A DNA stretch of 64,000 nt, taken from NCBI GenBank assembly GCA_934756675.1, contig CAKVLG010000001.1, forward strand, positions 128,540 to 192,539, in the 5' to 3' direction. Under the pieces are notes generated by a model. It did no database searches and was not told the DNA's origin. It saw only the letters and a list, made by a program, of their open reading frames with translations. The translations under genes and the position numbers were made by a program. Origin of the DNA: an uncultured Clostridia bacterium (GTDB lineage Bacteria; Bacillota; Clostridia; Christensenellales; UBA1242). Below are positions 28,016 to 40,227 of this stretch, one piece after another. Position 1 is the first letter of the stretch; every line of letters begins with the position of its first letter.

Positions 28016-29143
28016 TTATTTTTCAAATTTAATATTGGAATAAATTTCAATCATTTGTTTATTAACTTTGTCAAAGCTATAGTTTTCAACTTCTTTTTTG
28101 TTTCTTGCGGAAAATTGATTGTATTTATTCTTATCACTAAATAGTTTTTCTATTGAAAGCACAAATTCTGAAACACTAGTTGGATCACACAAATAGCCAC
28201 CTTCATTATTACCAACTAGATCTCTACATCCTCTTGTCTTTGATGCAACAATTGGTTTACCATATGCCATTGCTTCTTCCATAGACCTAGGCAATCCTTC
28301 TCTTAATGAAGGCATAACAAATATGTCTGATGCTTGAACAATATCTTTAACATCTTTTCTAAAACCAAGCAGTTTTATACGATCTTCCAATTTATTTTCT
28401 TTAATGAATTTTTCATATTCTTCTTTACGTGGACCTTGACCGCATATTACGAATTTTATTTTTGGATTGCTTATTTGTTTAATTGCTTCAAGTATAACTA
28501 TGTGGTTCTTATTTTTATTTAGTTCCCCAACAGCCAAAACAATAAAATCATCATCATTTAAACCAACAGACGCTCTAAGTTTTGTTTTATCCAAGTTCTT
28601 ATTTTCTTTATACTTACCTAAGTCAATACCAATGCCATTAATTAAATATACTTTTTTTGCGTGCATTTTTTTCGCATTGTTAAAATCTTCATTATTAATA
28701 GTTACTAATGCATCTGTGTATCTTGAATAATGTTTTTCTATAGGCTTAAAAATTAGGTTGTTTTTTAAAGGGGCACCTTTAAAGAAATGAAAACCATGAG
28801 CTGTATATATACAAGGCAAATGGAATTTGTGCGCAACTTTACGCCCCATCATGCCACCAACAGGTTGATGACAATTGATAAAATCATATTTTTCATCTTT
28901 TACCAACTTTATTAATTGTTTATAACCTTTTAAATTTTTTGGATTTAATGGATTGCGTGCAAAATTGATTTCGTGCATAACAAGTCCCATATCCTTTAAT
29001 TCATCGAACCAGAACCCAGTTCTTGCACAAGCACACTCAACAATATTTCCATTATCCTTTAAAACTTGTATGTGAGGCACTAAAAATTGCCAAATCATAT
29101 TATCTGTTGTAGTAACAATCAAAACCTTTTTATTCGAAAACAT
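28016..29143 (-). CDS. Glycosyltransferase, GT4 family
   Basis: PSLREGLPRSMEEAMAYGKPIVASKTRG signature. AAGGAG Shine-Dalgarno sequence. First gene of the minus-strand polysaccharide operon. Confidence 0.85.
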   Translation of the reverse strand: MFSNKKVLIVTTTDNMIWQFLVPHIQVLKDNGNIVECACARTGFWFDELKDMGLVMHEINFARNPLNPKNLKGYKQLIKLVKDEKYDFINCHQPVGGMMGRKVAHKFHLPCIYTAHGFHFFKGAPLKNNLIFKPIEKHYSRYTDALVTINNEDFNNAKKMHAKKVYLINGIGIDLGKYKENKNLDKTKLRASVGLNDDDFIVLAVGELNKNKNHIVILEAIKQISNPKIKFVICGQGPRKEEYEKFIKENKLEDRIKLLGFRKDVKDIVQASDIFVMPSLREGLPRSMEEAMAYGKPIVASKTRGCRDLVGNNEGGYLCDPTSVSEFVLSIEKLFSDKNKYNQFSARNKKEVENYSFDKVNKQMIEIYSNIKFEK

Positions 29144-29206
29144 AGTTACTCCTTATTGAATTAATTATATAGTAAGAGACGCTTAGTAGTCAATCAAACA
29201 AAAGAA

Positions 29207-29243
29207 AAACACGCAATAGTTATTTTCTATTTGCGTGTTTTTT
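29207..29243 (-). terminator. Terminator hairpin downstream of gyrA
   Basis: aaacacgcaa...ttgcgtgttt inverted repeat with flanking A/T runs, immediately after the gyrA stop. Confidence 0.55.
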
Positions 29244-29246
29244 ATA

Positions 29247-31772
29247 TTATTCTTCAGTTGTAACTGTGTCGCCAATATCAAGCGCTTCACCAGTACTATC
29301 TTCTGTCATATCTTCGGCAACAGCATCAGCAATTGCAACTGTTGCAACTTTTGAGTTGCCTTTAAGTTTCATAATCTTTACGCCAATTGTATCTCTACCA
29401 ATTCTCGATACATCTTTGGCAGGTGTTCTTATAACAATACCATTATCGGCAATTATCATAATATCTTCGTCATCATTAACTTGTTTAAGGTTTACAAGTC
29501 TGCCAGTCTTTTCGTTGAACACGCCAGCCTTAACACCTTTACCTTTACGTGATTGTAATCTATATTCGTCTTGTGGACTACGTTTGCCATAACCGTTTTC
29601 GGTAATTGTTAAAATATCGTAACCTGGTTTAAGAGCGATCATATCAACAAGATAATCATCGTCAGACAAGTCAATAGCACGAACACCAACAGTGTCACGT
29701 CCGAGAGGTCTTACATCATTTTCAGAGAACTTAATACATTTACCTTCGTTACTTGCAACAATAATTTCACTATCGCCAGTTGTAAATTGAACACTAATAA
29801 GTTCGTCACCATCGCGAAGTGAAATTGCAATCTTACCACTCTTTCTAATGTTTCGATATTCTTCGATAGGTGTTTTCTTTATCATGCCTTCTTTTGTTGC
29901 GATGATAAGTGAACCTTCTGTTGAATCTGTCATTGGAATGATTGTGTTAATCTTTTCGTCTTTTTCAAGTGGTAAAAGGTTGATAACAGCTCTACCCCTT
30001 GCGGTCTTTTGACCTTCTGGGATTTCGTATCCTTTTAAAGTATAGACCTTACCCTTGTTACTAAAGAACATAATGTCGTCATGAGTGTTTGTTATGAACA
30101 TGCTTTCGACGAAATCTTCTTCTTTTGGCTTGTGAGCTGTAACACCAGCGCCACCACGATGTTGAGATTTGTATTCGTCAACTGGTACACGTTTGATGTA
30201 ACCATAGTGTGTCATCGAAATAACAACATCTTCTTTTGGAATAAGATCTTCGAGATTTACATTGCCACAGCTTTCACTGATTTCTGTACGACGTTCGTTG
30301 CCATACTTTTCTTTGATTTCTGTGATTTCTTTTATGATGATGTCATCAATCTTTTCTTCACTTGCAAGTATACCACGAAGTTCCATGATTGTTTTTCTAA
30401 GTTCTTCAAGTTCTTCTTTAAGCTTTTCTACTTCCAAACTTGTCAATCTTTGAAGACGCATATCAAGAATCGCACCAGCTTGCTTATCAGAAAGCAAGAA
30501 CTTTGCTTGCAAGTTGCTTGATGCTTCTTGTCTATCTTTTGAAGCCTTGATAACAGCAATAACTTCATCAATATTTGCAAGAGCAACAACCAAACCTTCA
30601 ACAATGTGTTCCCTTTCTTCTGCACGGGTTAAATCGTACTTTGTACGTCTGTAAATAACATTTTGTTGGTGTTTTATATATTCGGCTAAAATTTGTTTCA
30701 AATTGCAAATTTTTGGTTTGTTATCAACAAGTGCAAGGAATATAATACCGTAACTTGTTTGAAGTGATGTCATTTTGAAAAGTTGATTTAAAATTATTTC
30801 TGGTTGATAGTCTTTTTTCACATCAACAACAATTCTAAGTCCACTTACACGGTCTGACTCTTCCTTGATATCTGCAATACCTTCTATTTTTTTATCTTTA
30901 ACAAGGTTTGCCATTTGTTGAATTAAATCTGTTTTAATAATTTGATATGGAATTTCTGTTATAACAATGCGGTTTCTGTTGTCATCTTCTTCAATTTCTG
31001 TTTTACTTCTAACAACAACACCACCACGACCAGTCATGTATGCTTGTTTAAGTGCTTCCGTACCCATAATTATACCGCCAGTAGGATAATCTGGTGCAGG
31101 CATATATTGCATTAATTCTTCAATTGTTATGTCTGGGTTCTTTATTTGAGCAACAACGGCATCAATAACTTCACCAAGGTTGTGTGGTGGAATATTTGTT
31201 GCCATACCAACAGCAATACCATCTGAACCATTTACCAAAAGGTTTGGGAAACGTGCTGGGAGCACTGTTGGCTGTTGAAGTGTTGCGTCATAGTTTGGGT
31301 AAAAATCCACCGTTTCTTTATCGATGTCGCGCAATAATTCGTCTGCTATTTTTGAAAGCCTTGCTTCTGTATAACGGTAAGCAGCAGCACCATCGCCATC
31401 GACAGAACCAAAGTTACCATGGCCATCGATAAGTGTATGTCTAATAGAAAAGTCTTGTGCAAGTCTTACAAGTGCGCCATAAACTGACGAGTCGCCATGT
31501 GGGTGATATTTACCAAGAACATCGCCGACGATTTTTGCACATTTTCTAAATGGTTTATCTGATGTTAAACCAATTTCATTCATTGAATAAAGTATTCTTC
31601 TGTGAACAGGCTTCAAGCCATCTCGAACATCTGGAATTGCACGGCTAACGTTAACAGCCATAGCATATTCAATGAAGGACCTTTTCATTTCATCGGTAGC
31701 ATCTGTATCGATGATACGTGTATTATCTACTATTTGCTCGTATTGAGCTCTGTAATCATGTTTTCTTGCCAT
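29247..31772 (-). CDS. gyrA: DNA gyrase subunit A
   Basis: 841 aa with the conserved N-terminus (FIEYAMAVNVSRAIPDVRDGLKPVHRRILY), the active-site region (AAAYRYTEARL) and C-terminal beta-pinwheel repeats. Confidence 0.97.
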   Translation of the reverse strand: MARKHDYRAQYEQIVDNTRIIDTDATDEMKRSFIEYAMAVNVSRAIPDVRDGLKPVHRRILYSMNEIGLTSDKPFRKCAKIVGDVLGKYHPHGDSSVYGALVRLAQDFSIRHTLIDGHGNFGSVDGDGAAAYRYTEARLSKIADELLRDIDKETVDFYPNYDATLQQPTVLPARFPNLLVNGSDGIAVGMATNIPPHNLGEVIDAVVAQIKNPDITIEELMQYMPAPDYPTGGIIMGTEALKQAYMTGRGGVVVRSKTEIEEDDNRNRIVITEIPYQIIKTDLIQQMANLVKDKKIEGIADIKEESDRVSGLRIVVDVKKDYQPEIILNQLFKMTSLQTSYGIIFLALVDNKPKICNLKQILAEYIKHQQNVIYRRTKYDLTRAEEREHIVEGLVVALANIDEVIAVIKASKDRQEASSNLQAKFLLSDKQAGAILDMRLQRLTSLEVEKLKEELEELRKTIMELRGILASEEKIDDIIIKEITEIKEKYGNERRTEISESCGNVNLEDLIPKEDVVISMTHYGYIKRVPVDEYKSQHRGGAGVTAHKPKEEDFVESMFITNTHDDIMFFSNKGKVYTLKGYEIPEGQKTARGRAVINLLPLEKDEKINTIIPMTDSTEGSLIIATKEGMIKKTPIEEYRNIRKSGKIAISLRDGDELISVQFTTGDSEIIVASNEGKCIKFSENDVRPLGRDTVGVRAIDLSDDDYLVDMIALKPGYDILTITENGYGKRSPQDEYRLQSRKGKGVKAGVFNEKTGRLVNLKQVNDDEDIMIIADNGIVIRTPAKDVSRIGRDTIGVKIMKLKGNSKVATVAIADAVAEDMTEDSTGEALDIGDTVTTEE

Positions 31773-31780
31773 ATATCCTC

Positions 31781-33766
<1,986 letters not shown>

Positions 33767-33833
33767 TTACTAATTATTTAATATTATTATATATATTATA
33801 TATAATAGGGGTAAGAATAGGCCATATTTAGGC

Positions 33834-34934
33834 TTATTTGTTTAATTTTGTTTTAATGCTAGCGTTTTTAACTTTATGACTAAAATATTCCCCGTCTGGT
33901 TTAAACTTAACTGTTGTTCCAGTTATTATAACTTGTGCACCATTCATAAGCTCATATAAAAGTTTTTGCCTTTTGTTATCAAGTTCCGAAAAAACATCAT
34001 CTAGTATTAAAACTGGTTTTTCATTAAGCTCTTTTTCAAAAATTTCGAGCTCTGCGACTTTTAGCGCTAGTATTATTGATCTCTGTTGACCTTGACTTGC
34101 AAAGTCTTTTGCTTCCACTCCATTGACCAAAAACTTAATATCATCGCGGTGCGGGCCAACAAGCGTATACCCAAGTTCAAGTTCTTTTTCTAAATTAACT
34201 TGTAAAGCTTCAATCATATTAGCTTTAATCTCACTAGTTGTTTCCCCACGCATGCTGACATATTCCATTTTTAGCGACTCTTTACCGTCAGAAAGTTTTT
34301 GCATGGCATTTTGTGCAAGTGGAGCAATTTTTGCAATAAAGTTCCTACGTGTTTTTATTATTGGTGCGGCTAAACTTGCAAGTTGCTCTGAAAAGACATC
34401 AATTTGGTCGAGCACCATTTTTCTATCATATCTATTTTTAAGCAGTTTGTTCCTTTGTTCCAAAACCTTGTTGAATCTTGCAACCAAATTATAATATTGC
34501 CCCGAAAGTTCTGAAATATCTGTATCCATAAAATCGCGGCGTTCTTGCGGCCCACCTGTAACAATCTTCATTTCTGTCGGCGAAAAATATACAACAACCA
34601 AGTTACCAAACACTTCCGAAAGTTTGTACACTGGCGTGCCGTTTATCATAAACTTTTTATTTTCTTCGCCAGATAGCTCATACGAAATCTTAAGGTCACC
34701 AAAGTTGCGATTAACTATTATTTCTGCTAGTGCCTTACTTGCACCAAAACGAATCATATCTTTATGCTTGGTAGTTCTTGGGCTTTTTGTCCAGCTTGCA
34801 GTTACCAAGGCTTCGACAAGGTTTGTTTTTCCTTGCCCATTTTGTCCAGTTACCAAATTTACGCCACGACAAAATTCCGCATTGGCGGTTTCATAGTTGC
34901 GAAAATTGACAAGCTTTACACTTTTTACATACAT
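33834..34934 (-). CDS. recF: DNA replication and repair protein RecF
   Basis: MYVKSVKLVNFRNYE...VTGQNGQGKTNLVEA (Walker A), the signature SQGQQRS and Walker B LILDDVFSELD. The start is ATG 34934. Confidence 0.93.
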   Translation of the reverse strand: MYVKSVKLVNFRNYETANAEFCRGVNLVTGQNGQGKTNLVEALVTASWTKSPRTTKHKDMIRFGASKALAEIIVNRNFGDLKISYELSGEENKKFMINGTPVYKLSEVFGNLVVVYFSPTEMKIVTGGPQERRDFMDTDISELSGQYYNLVARFNKVLEQRNKLLKNRYDRKMVLDQIDVFSEQLASLAAPIIKTRRNFIAKIAPLAQNAMQKLSDGKESLKMEYVSMRGETTSEIKANMIEALQVNLEKELELGYTLVGPHRDDIKFLVNGVEAKDFASQGQQRSIILALKVAELEIFEKELNEKPVLILDDVFSELDNKRQKLLYELMNGAQVIITGTTVKFKPDGEYFSHKVKNASIKTKLNK

Positions 34935-35035
34935 AATTGCATTATACCACAATAAAGATAAATTATAAAGCGAAAAACATAAATTTGGTTGCAAGTTTTG
35001 TTGGTTGTATTGTATAATCTGTTAAAGGAGTTACC

Positions 35036-36427
35036 ATGGAAGAGAATAACGGCATTATTGTTTCTGGAGAAAATGATATAGATATTAAAAGTGTTTGGAA
35101 TGACTGTTTACCTCTCATTGGTAAAAATACGACAGCAATATCTTATGATGTGTGGATAAAATCGCTTTTGCCACTAGAACTCAAAAACAATACGCTAGTT
35201 CTTGGCACGCCATCTTCATCTAGCAAAAATGTAATATTGAAGCATTATAAAGATATTATTAAAAACGCTCTTAGCCAAGTGCACACTGCAATAACAGACA
35301 TTGAAGTTATCGTTTCTACTGGTGAAGAATCTGAAGAAAAATCCGAAGAAAACGACGTGGCAGAGAAAAAAGAAGAGCCACGCGTAATTAAAACATCTTC
35401 GGTATTCAATCCAAAATACACATTCGATAATTTCGTTGTTGGTGGCAGCAACCAATTTGTTGCCGCAGCAGCTAAAGCCGTTGCAGAAGCACCTGGCAAA
35501 AAGTTTAACCCATTATTCATTTATGGTGGCAGTGGTCTTGGCAAAACTCACCTTTTGCAAGCAATTGGCAACTATGTTACCGAGCATAATAAGGACATGA
35601 AGGTTATTTATACCCCAACGTCAACGTTTTCGAATGAACTTATCAGTGCAATTCGTAGCAATAGCAAGTCAGCAACTAGTGAATTTCGTGAACTATATCG
35701 TACTGCAGATGTTTTGATTGTCGACGATATTCAATACCTTGTTGGCAAAACAAGTACACAGGAAGAGTTTTTCCAAACATTTAACGAGCTCTATGAACGC
35801 GGCAAACAAATTGTTCTCGCTGCAGATAAACCACCAAAAGAAATTGCCACTCTTGAAGAACGCATCCGTTCCCGCATGGAATGGGGTATGATTGCAGACA
35901 TTGGCGTTCCAGATGTTGAAACACGTATTGCAATTTTATATAAAAAGGCACAAATAGAAAGATACAACATCTCGCGCGAAGCTATTGAATATATTGCAGA
36001 TATTTCGACAACTAATATCCGCGAAATGGAAGGTTACCTATCCCGCGTGGTATTCTTTGCTGGTCTGATTGGCGAAAACCCAGCATCAATTCAATCTGCA
36101 CGCGAGGCACTAAAAAATATAGCAATCGAAAAAACAGAAACTGTCGATGCAGACAATTGTATTGATTGCGTTTGCAAGTTTTATTCAATAAAGAAAGAAG
36201 ATTTGCTTGCAAAAAAACGTACAAAAGAAATTGCGCAAGCAAGACAAGTTGCAATGTTTTTAATAAGCGAACTTGTCAATCTTCCACTTGTTACAATTGG
36301 CAATATTTTTGGCAAAGACCATGCAACTGTCATTTATGCAAAATCTAAGATTAGTGAAGACATGAAAAAGTCTAAAAAACTTGCCGTTGAAATCAACGAT
36401 ATGAAACAAATGATAAAAGGTAAATAA
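35036..36427 (+). CDS. dnaA: Chromosomal replication initiator protein DnaA
   Basis: 463 aa with AAA+ Walker A GGSGLGKTHLL, box VII, and the domain IV DNA-binding helix (GKDHATVIYA). Confidence 0.97.
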   Translation: MEENNGIIVSGENDIDIKSVWNDCLPLIGKNTTAISYDVWIKSLLPLELKNNTLVLGTPSSSSKNVILKHYKDIIKNALSQVHTAITDIEVIVSTGEESEEKSEENDVAEKKEEPRVIKTSSVFNPKYTFDNFVVGGSNQFVAAAAKAVAEAPGKKFNPLFIYGGSGLGKTHLLQAIGNYVTEHNKDMKVIYTPTSTFSNELISAIRSNSKSATSEFRELYRTADVLIVDDIQYLVGKTSTQEEFFQTFNELYERGKQIVLAADKPPKEIATLEERIRSRMEWGMIADIGVPDVETRIAILYKKAQIERYNISREAIEYIADISTTNIREMEGYLSRVVFFAGLIGENPASIQSAREALKNIAIEKTETVDADNCIDCVCKFYSIKKEDLLAKKRTKEIAQARQVAMFLISELVNLPLVTIGNIFGKDHATVIYAKSKISEDMKKSKKLAVEINDMKQMIKGK

Positions 36428-36481
36428 AAAAACTTGATTTTTTTACCACTTTTAATATAATTTTACTTAAGGAGAAAAAAC

Positions 36482-37588
36482 ATGAAACTTATTTGTGAAG
36501 GATTAGATCTAAGCGATGCAGTTTTAAAAGTTATAAGAGCGACTGCAACAAAAACAACCAACCCAATACTCGAAGGTATCAAACTCAGAGCAAGTGAAGA
36601 CACTTTGACTTTATCTGCTACCGACCTTGAAATATCTATTGAAAAAACAATTCCTGCCGATGTAAAAATCGAAGGCGAAGTTGTTGTTCCAGGTAAGTTT
36701 TTTGCAGACTTTGTTAAAAAACTTTCTGGCGAACAAATTGAATTATCTTTAACAGACCACAAACTCTTAAAGATTAAGTACACCGATTCAGAAGGCTTTT
36801 TGCAATGCATGAACGTTGATGAGTTCCCTGTTCTAAAAGAACTTAGTAACCCAGAAGTTATTGAACTTTCAAAGAACGACTTTAAGGACCTTATTAATAA
36901 AACTATTTTCTCAGTTGCTGTTGATGATGCAAGACCAATTTTAAAGGGTTGTCTATTTGAGATTTCTCAAAATCAAATCACAGCTGTTGCGCTCGATGGT
37001 TTCCGCTTAGCACTTGTTAAAAAACCAATAAGGAGCACATCGTCAGAATTTAATTGCATTGTTCCAGCAAGAACACTTGGTGAAATAAGTAAACTTCTTG
37101 AAACAGAAGAAGATGACGACTTGCAAATATTTATTCAAAAAAATTATTTACTCATAAATCTTGGCAGCACAAAAATTATCACAAGGCTTCTTGATGGCGA
37201 ATTTATTAACTATAAACAAGTTATTCCAACAACTGCTAGCAGCGTTGTTACAATCAATACTCGTCAATTACAAGACGGTCTAGACAGAGCAAGTTTGCTT
37301 GCCCGCATGGACAAAAATAATCTTGTTCGTTTTGATATAAAAGATACACTTTTAACACTAACAAGTAGTTCAGACATCGGTAATGTTACCGAAAATATCA
37401 CAATCGCACTTGACGGTAAAGACATTTCTATTGCATTTAATGCAAGATACTTTAGTGATTGCGTAAAAATCATTGGTGACGAATTCATTAAAATCAACTT
37501 TACATCACCTATCGCGCCTTGCACAATTTCTTCAACAGAAGGTGGCGATTACTTATATCTAATTCTTCCTGTAAGAATTATGCAATAG
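36482..37588 (+). CDS. dnaN: DNA polymerase III beta sliding clamp
   Basis: 368 aa, three-domain clamp pattern (NPILEGIKL..., ARPILKGCLFE, C-terminal YLILPVRI). Confidence 0.95.
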   Translation: MKLICEGLDLSDAVLKVIRATATKTTNPILEGIKLRASEDTLTLSATDLEISIEKTIPADVKIEGEVVVPGKFFADFVKKLSGEQIELSLTDHKLLKIKYTDSEGFLQCMNVDEFPVLKELSNPEVIELSKNDFKDLINKTIFSVAVDDARPILKGCLFEISQNQITAVALDGFRLALVKKPIRSTSSEFNCIVPARTLGEISKLLETEEDDDLQIFIQKNYLLINLGSTKIITRLLDGEFINYKQVIPTTASSVVTINTRQLQDGLDRASLLARMDKNNLVRFDIKDTLLTLTSSSDIGNVTENITIALDGKDISIAFNARYFSDCVKIIGDEFIKINFTSPIAPCTISSTEGGDYLYLILPVRIMQ

Positions 37589-37596
37589 GAGTTTAT

Positions 37597-38265
37597 ATGG
37601 CTAAAGATAAAAAAGAGACTAAAAAACTTGGTCTTTCTGGCTGGATCGAAATTTTTGTATTTGTACTCACTGCTCTCGATTTAACATTTTTGTTACTTGG
37701 CATTTTTAATGTTGTTAGACCAGAATGTTTAACTCGCGATACATTTAGTTATATTGTAGCATTTGTTCTTCTTGGTGTTTGCTTGCTCTTGTTTATTGCA
37801 TTAATGCTCACCGAAAAACTTGGCAAGTTCAGTTTACCTGGCTGGCTCAAATGTGTACTTTATGTCGGATTTTTCGTATTCTCTAACATTTATTATTATT
37901 TTGGATTATTTGACTACACAATTACTTTAATCTTTTTCTACGCCTACCTTGGTTTTGTTTTAAGCGTACTCAGCCTTTCGATATTCTATAATCTTCAAAA
38001 AACGGAAGCTGGTATCATTAAAACAAACAGTTCTTTTGTTAGCTTTTTCACATTCTGTTCTACCCTTGCAATTGGCACAATAATCGAACTCGTTGTTTGT
38101 AGTATAAAAATTTTAGCTGGCACTACAGCATTGCCTGCAACCGCATTTATCGTTAGCATTTGCAGCATGATGATTGTCTCACTCATTATGGCAGTAGCTT
38201 ATTACATATCGCTAGAAAAATCAAAAAAATTTATCAATCTTTGCTTAATAAAATTTCAAAAGTAG
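37597..38265 (+). CDS. Hypothetical polytopic membrane protein
   Basis: 222 aa with about 6 TM helices and an AGGAG Shine-Dalgarno sequence. It occupies the slot between dnaN and rpmH. Confidence 0.6.
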   Translation: MAKDKKETKKLGLSGWIEIFVFVLTALDLTFLLLGIFNVVRPECLTRDTFSYIVAFVLLGVCLLLFIALMLTEKLGKFSLPGWLKCVLYVGFFVFSNIYYYFGLFDYTITLIFFYAYLGFVLSVLSLSIFYNLQKTEAGIIKTNSSFVSFFTFCSTLAIGTIIELVVCSIKILAGTTALPATAFIVSICSMMIVSLIMAVAYYISLEKSKKFINLCLIKFQK

Positions 38266-38349
38266 AAAAGGTCGCGTCAAGCGACTTTTTTTGTTGCCTA
38301 AAATATATAATTATATATATTTATATATAGCATTTGGCAAAAAATTGTC

Positions 38350-38378
38350 TTGACAAGAGCCGAACCTATCGTTATAAT
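38350..38378 (+). promoter_or_regulatory. Consensus sigma-A promoter for the rpmH-rnpA operon
   Basis: TTGACA (38350..38355), a 17-nt spacer, then TATAAT (38373..38378). Confidence 0.7.
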
Positions 38379-38422
38379 AACAATTACTGCAAAAAGCAGA
38401 AATTATAGGAGACTTATTTTTT

Positions 38423-38557
38423 ATGAAAAGAACTTATCAACCAAAAAAAGCTAACAGAAATAAAGTTCATGGCTTTAGAACAAGAATGAAAACAAAAGGT
38501 GGCAGAAATGTACTTGCTCGCCGCAGAAACAGAGGCAGAAAAAAAATTAGCGCATAA
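38423..38557 (+). CDS. rpmH: 50S ribosomal protein L34
   Basis: Not in the supplied ORF track (44 aa). Translation: [49 protein letters not shown] Shine-Dalgarno sequence lies upstream. Confidence 0.95.
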   Translation: MKRTYQPKKANRNKVHGFRTRMKTKGGRNVLARRRNRGRKKISA

Positions 38558-38568
38558 CGAGGAAAACG

Positions 38569-38904
38569 GTGCTTAAAAAAAATTATAGATTGAGAAAAAA
38601 ATACCAGTTTAATTACGTTTATAAGGTAGGCAAAACTCAAAGGCAACCAGACTTGATTTTGTTTTACTGTCCAAGTAAAAACAAAAACATTAAAATTGGC
38701 TTGTCTGTAAATAAAAAAGTAGGCGGCGCGGTTACGCGTAACAGAATAAAAAGGCAACTACGTGAATCACTTTTACCAGTCCTTGATTTATTAAAACCAA
38801 ACTTTAATATAATTATATTTGCTCAGCCATCGATTAATGGTAAACCATTTGGTGACATAAAATCCCAAGTAACAACTGCCCTAACAAAGGCGGAAATATT
38901 ATGA
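38569..38904 (+). CDS. rnpA: Ribonuclease P protein component
   Basis: 111 aa with a GTG start. The RNR motif region KKVGGAVTRNRIKRQLRE is present. Confidence 0.9.
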   Translation: MLKKNYRLRKKYQFNYVYKVGKTQRQPDLILFYCPSKNKNIKIGLSVNKKVGGAVTRNRIKRQLRESLLPVLDLLKPNFNIIIFAQPSINGKPFGDIKSQVTTALTKAEIL

Positions 38905-39176
38905 AAACCTTTCTCAATATAATTTTATGGATACCAAAGACGATAGGACTAGCACTTGTGTGGCTTTATAGGATACTTATTTCTCCTTTCATTCCACACG
39001 CTTGCAAATACGATCCTACATGTTCGGTTTACATGACCGAAGCTATAACAGAATTTGGCATAATAAAAGGTGGCATTCTTGGTCTTAAAAGACTAGCAAG
39101 ATGTAACCCTTGGGCAAAAGGCGGAAAAGACCCCGTTCCTGTTAATAGCAAAGGAGATTATAAATGGCTAATGTAA
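38901..39176 (+). CDS. yidD: Membrane protein insertion efficiency factor YidD
   Basis: YRILISPFIPHACKYDPTCSVYMTEAI...RLARCNPW is the conserved YidD core. Confidence 0.9.
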   Translation: MKTFLNIILWIPKTIGLALVWLYRILISPFIPHACKYDPTCSVYMTEAITEFGIIKGGILGLKRLARCNPWAKGGKDPVPVNSKGDYKWLM

Positions 39177-40216
39177 CAAACTTGCTCGGTGCAGCAGTTA
39201 GTGCCCCTGGTGGTCTATGGGTAATAATAATAAATTGGATTAATGGCGCTATTGGCAACCTTGGCTGGACAATAGTGCTTTTTACCGTACTTATTAAACT
39301 TGTTCTTTCCCCACTAGACTTCTCTGTTAAATATTCTACAAAGAAGACGACTCTCACCCAACAAAAACTTGCCCCTCAAATGGCAAAACTTCAAAAGAAA
39401 TATGGTAACAACCCACAAATGCTTCAAACGCAACAACAAGCATTGTATAAAAAAGAAGGCACAAACCTTGTCGCTTCTTGTGTTATAATGCTTATAAACT
39501 TAGTTGCAACACTTGTTATATTCTTCACAATCTTTGCTTCTCTTCGTGAAGTTGCCGCATTTAATGCAATCAAGCAATACGACGAATTGCAAGTAGTCTA
39601 TACTCAAGCTGTTGAAGCTGGCGAAGACCCAACAGCAGCAGTTAATGCAAAATGGGACGAAAACAAAGATAGTTGGCTTTGGATATCTAACATTTGGGGT
39701 AAAGATGGTAACTATAAACCAATGCTTACTTATAATGACTTAGTATCTAGTGTAAACAGTTCTGGCAAACAAGAGTATAAAGATTATGTTGCAAGCATTA
39801 ATCAAGACACATACAACCATATTCAAGAAATCACCAACACTCACGAGAATAAATGGAATGGTTATTACATTTTGGCAGTTCTTGGTGCTGCAATAACATT
39901 CTTATCTCAATATGTATCAGAACTTGGTACAAAGCTTAAAAACAAAAAAGCAAACATGGTAGCGCAAGCTGCAAACCAAAACAAATCAATGGGACTAATC
40001 ATGAAGATATTGCTCCCAGTGATGATGGTAATATTTGTTTTAACAAGTAGTGCATCGTTTGGTATATACATTCTGGCAAGCTCAGTAGTTTCAACGCTCA
40101 CAAGCGTACTTATCAACTTAATAGTAGACAAAATGACCGCTAAAAAACAGCGTGAAGTTACTGAATATCTTGAAAAAGAAGCGGTAAAAGCTGAACGCAA
40201 AGCGATAAAACAATAA
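39164..40216 (+). CDS. yidC: Membrane protein insertase YidC/SpoIIIJ family
   Basis: LFTVLIKLVLSPLDFSV...Q.KLAP.MAKLQKKYG...Q.....LYKKEG.N block, five TM helices and a basic C-terminal tail. Confidence 0.88.
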   Translation: MANVTNLLGAAVSAPGGLWVIIINWINGAIGNLGWTIVLFTVLIKLVLSPLDFSVKYSTKKTTLTQQKLAPQMAKLQKKYGNNPQMLQTQQQALYKKEGTNLVASCVIMLINLVATLVIFFTIFASLREVAAFNAIKQYDELQVVYTQAVEAGEDPTAAVNAKWDENKDSWLWISNIWGKDGNYKPMLTYNDLVSSVNSSGKQEYKDYVASINQDTYNHIQEITNTHENKWNGYYILAVLGAAITFLSQYVSELGTKLKNKKANMVAQAANQNKSMGLIMKILLPVMMVIFVLTSSASFGIYILASSVVSTLTSVLINLIVDKMTAKKQREVTEYLEKEAVKAERKAIKQ

Positions 40217-40227
40217 AGGAGATACTT

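Noticed and set aside
33771-33807. 37-nt pure A/T tract (and a similar 31-nt tract at 38299..38329) as the oriC unwinding element
   Set aside because: I did not annotate either as an origin because no DnaA-box cluster accompanies them. They may simply be promoter/UP-element DNA for gyrB and rpmH. They are kept only as candidates inside the origin-architecture finding.
35151-35159. Perfect DnaA box TGTGGATAA
   Set aside because: It is a single copy located inside the dnaA coding sequence. One exact 9-mer in 64 kb of AT-rich DNA is compatible with chance, and I saw no neighbouring boxes. It is not sufficient to call oriC.
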